Source: Ostrea edulis (lineage: Eukaryota). Taken from it: a DNA stretch of 64,000 bases. The stretch spans positions 74,276,001-74,340,000 of the forward strand of contig NC_079164.1 in assembly GCF_947568905.1 (NCBI RefSeq), given 5' to 3'. This document shows, piece by piece, positions 61,584-64,000 of the stretch; the stretch's first letter is position 1; each line of letters begins with the position of its first letter. The position numbers and the translations under genes were made by a program. The notes beneath the pieces were generated by a model. That model worked only from the letters and a program-made list of their open reading frames with translations, did no database searches and was not told where the DNA came from.

Positions 61584-63662
61584 ATGGAGTTAGCATATGC
61601 GTACATCCTCTGCGTGGCAGGTAACCTTTGTTATAAACTGAATTTTAACGTACGCTCGTTACGTATATGTTTTATCTATATGACTGAAACAACTAGTTTA
61701 TATGTAGGGATCGTTGAACTTTTGAAACCTACGAATATGTTACAAAGCAGGGTTGCATCACTATTTATAACTATGTGGACAGCTTGACACAGGAGTCAGC
61801 AATATATATACATGTGTCATAATCAATGAAATGACAAATGCATGGATACATAGGAAACCTTTTCCACAAAGAAATAGTACTTTGTGTAATATAATCTTTA
61901 ATAGTTTCAACAATTCACTTTGTTTTCGCAACTCTACAACGTTTGTCATATAAAATTCACTCTAAATCTGCTAGAATTGTTCCTGGTTATTCTCAGCTTC
62001 TTGTCTAATCCGAGATTCCTCTGACTCTTACCCCCGCTTTTATATTTGACATGTGCGGGGGAGAGTCAGAGCGGACTCCATATTGAAAAGTGGGAATTCA
62101 GCGACACCAGCTGGTGTCGCTGCTTTACCTACCTCTTACAACTTTATTTCGCGGATCTATCTTCCAAGACGTGAGAATTCAGTTAACGGAAGATAAATCT
62201 ATAAATAGATCATGATTGATACGATGCTATCGCCGTTTAAACGGCCCTAACACCGACAAATGGAGCATCACTTGAATTAGGTCGCCGCCTCGCCATTTGA
62301 TTTCTTTGCGCATGACGTCAGCACATGTAAACACAAAATTCCATCGTTTAAACGGCGATAGCATCGTATTAATCATGATGTATTTGTAGAATAATCTTCC
62401 GATAACTGAATCCTCGCGTCTTGGAAGATGGGTCCGCGAAATAAAGTTGTAAAAGGTAGGTAAAGCAGCGACACCAGCTGGTGTCGCTGAATTCCCACTT
62501 TTCAATATGGAGTCCGCTCTGACTCTCCCCCGCAGAAGTCACAAAATAAAAGCGGGGTTAAGAGTCAGAGGAATCTCGGATTACTTCTTGTCTTACTCTG
62601 ATTTCGCGTAGTTTTAAATTCACGATATGAATATATTCAGTATGATTATTATGAGCAGGTTACATTCACTGTAGTTGTGTAGGTTATATTCTGATTTTGA
62701 ATACGGATCACTCCGTTAAAGGGCTCATTGCGGATGTGATCGGTCGACAGAGGATGCTTACTCCTCCTAGGCACCCAATCCCACCCCTGACATGTCCCAG
62801 GGTCAATCTGTATTTGTCTAACTCCCAATTTTGTGTTCCTTATAGGATGTTATGAGATTGATCACTGTTCTTCATTTCCATTTTTTCATTCACTGTAGTT
62901 ATGTGTATTCAATATGATTGTTATAAGTAGTTTATATATACTGTAGTTTCATTTTCGCGGTTTCCTTGAAATGAATATTAAACTATAGCAAAAATAAGGT
63001 TGCGTACAGCATACTAATACCTATACTGTTTATCTTTAACCAAAGGTCTTGCAACAACAGCAGCCTTTGTTTCAGACAGCGAACTTTCCCAGTTAATGAC
63101 CAATCTCTGGAACGAGGATGTCAATCGTGCAAGTTCTTATGACGTCAGATATAACCTTCAAGGTCATTCTCAAAGTGGGCATTCAGATGTAGATCATGCC
63201 TCAAGCAGGGAAGTATAATCGTCCAAACTATAGCGTATAAATCATTGATAGTACAATGAAGTAATTAAAAATTTTATCTTCCTACATTTAATTACGATTA
63301 TTATTTTTTCTATATCTTTATGAGTGGGTCAACGTCAACATGGTCAATAGTGTACATAGTGGTATAGTACACTGTACAATGAATCATAAGAAAGTATACA
63401 AACATGCGAAACCAACAATTTAAAAAATGTACATTCAATACATTTCTTTTGTTTTTTAGGTTCTTTAGCTACGTGAACGAAAATCACTTATTCCATAGAC
63501 CTACTTATTCCACGTTTATTTCCCTTCTGAACAACTACCACTATATGACGGGAACCAGTGAATATCAGACGTCGGCCGAGGAGGCGGAAGTGTCGTCTTT
63601 TCTCTCCCAGATCTCTCAGACAAGAGTCATGGAATTAACACAGCAATTCCTACACTCAAAAG
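61584..63662 (+). CDS. ENDOU: Poly(U)-specific endoribonuclease (EndoU/XendoU family), secreted type; 5' part only, gene continues beyond the window
   Basis: Exons 61584-61620 (signal peptide MELAYAYILCVA), 63046-63208 (GLATTAAFVSDSELSQLMTNLWNEDVNRA...DHASSR) and 63460-63662 (FFSYVNENHLFHRPTYSTFISLLNNY...EEAEVSSFL...VMELTQQFLHSK). These match the EndoU N-terminal pattern from recall. The exon-2 donor is non-canonical (see findings). Confidence 0.8.
62006..62583. mobile_element. Foldback element with ~238-bp TIRs and 9-bp TSD (Mutator-like non-autonomous)
   Basis: TAATCCGAGATTCC...GGAATCTCGGATTA; arms 62006-62243 and 62345-62583; TSD cttcttgtc at 61997-62005 and 62584-62592. Confidence 0.88.
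62690..62880 (+). mobile_element. Penelope-like 3' terminal module (copy 4)
   Basis: gggctca...gtgatcggtcgacagaggatgcttactcctcctaggcacc...gagattgatcactgttc. Confidence 0.75.
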
Positions 63663-63844
63663 GTTCTAGTCACATTTCCTTACTTATAGAGGATCTTCAA
63701 ACGAAAGTGAAAATGGCAACAGTTTTACTAGTTTGGTGCATATACATTCTATCAAAATTCCCAACACACATCGCGGTAGCTCTCTGAAAAAATACTGTGA
63801 CGGAACAATACTTTTTCAGAGAGCTGCACAGTTCTGCAGCTAAC

Positions 63845-64000
63845 GTCGTGGTAGCTCAGTGGTTGAACGTTCGCTTCATAACCGGGAGGTTGCGAGATCG
63901 AGCCCCGCTCATGCCATGGCCACGTCAAACTAGTAAGTCGTAAATACAGGTAGTGATTGCTGCCTCGCCAAATGCTCGGCATTCATAATTGAAAATCACA
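63845..64000 (+). mobile_element. tRNA-derived SINE (5' part, truncated by the window end)
   Basis: tRNA-like head gtggtagctcagtggttgaacg...gagatcgagccc running directly into a SINE body homologous to 49054. Confidence 0.75.

Noticed and set aside
221-64000. Remaining short ORFs (60-150 aa) in the supplied track
   Set aside because: They are partial exons already accounted for, antisense shadows of exons, or frames through repeats and AT-rich introns with no domain signal.

Overview
AT-rich eukaryotic genomic DNA with spliceosomal introns. The repeat families (~166-bp HindIII-site satellite inside Helentron-type elements, tRNA-derived core SINEs) point to an oyster-like bivalve; this is inference. 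Six protein-coding genes could be reconstructed exon by exon with consistent splice phases: a GH56 hyaluronidase (-, 5 exons), an ankyrin-repeat/SOCS-box protein (+, single coding exon), cytochrome b5 (-, 6 exons), AP-1 gamma adaptin AP1G1 (+, 20 coding exons), a divergent Mind-bomb (MIB2-like) E3 ligase (+, 18 exons) and the 5' part of a secreted EndoU-family RNase (+). The rest is mostly Helentron/satellite elements, SINEs, Penelope-like 3' fragments, MITEs/foldbacks and minisatellites. The strongest finding is a tandem pair of 96-nt homologous AP1G1 exons separated by only 49 nt, very likely mutually exclusive, with both copies under purifying selection. Others: a four-layer nested transposon stack starting about 110 bp upstream of the cytochrome b5 ATG, including an internally deleted Kolobok element; ISRE plus kB-like motifs at the MIB2-like 5' end; a GC-AG intron; and a GG dinucleotide where the EndoU exon-2 donor must lie. 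No prokaryotic-type system (CRISPR, operon, defence island) is supported.
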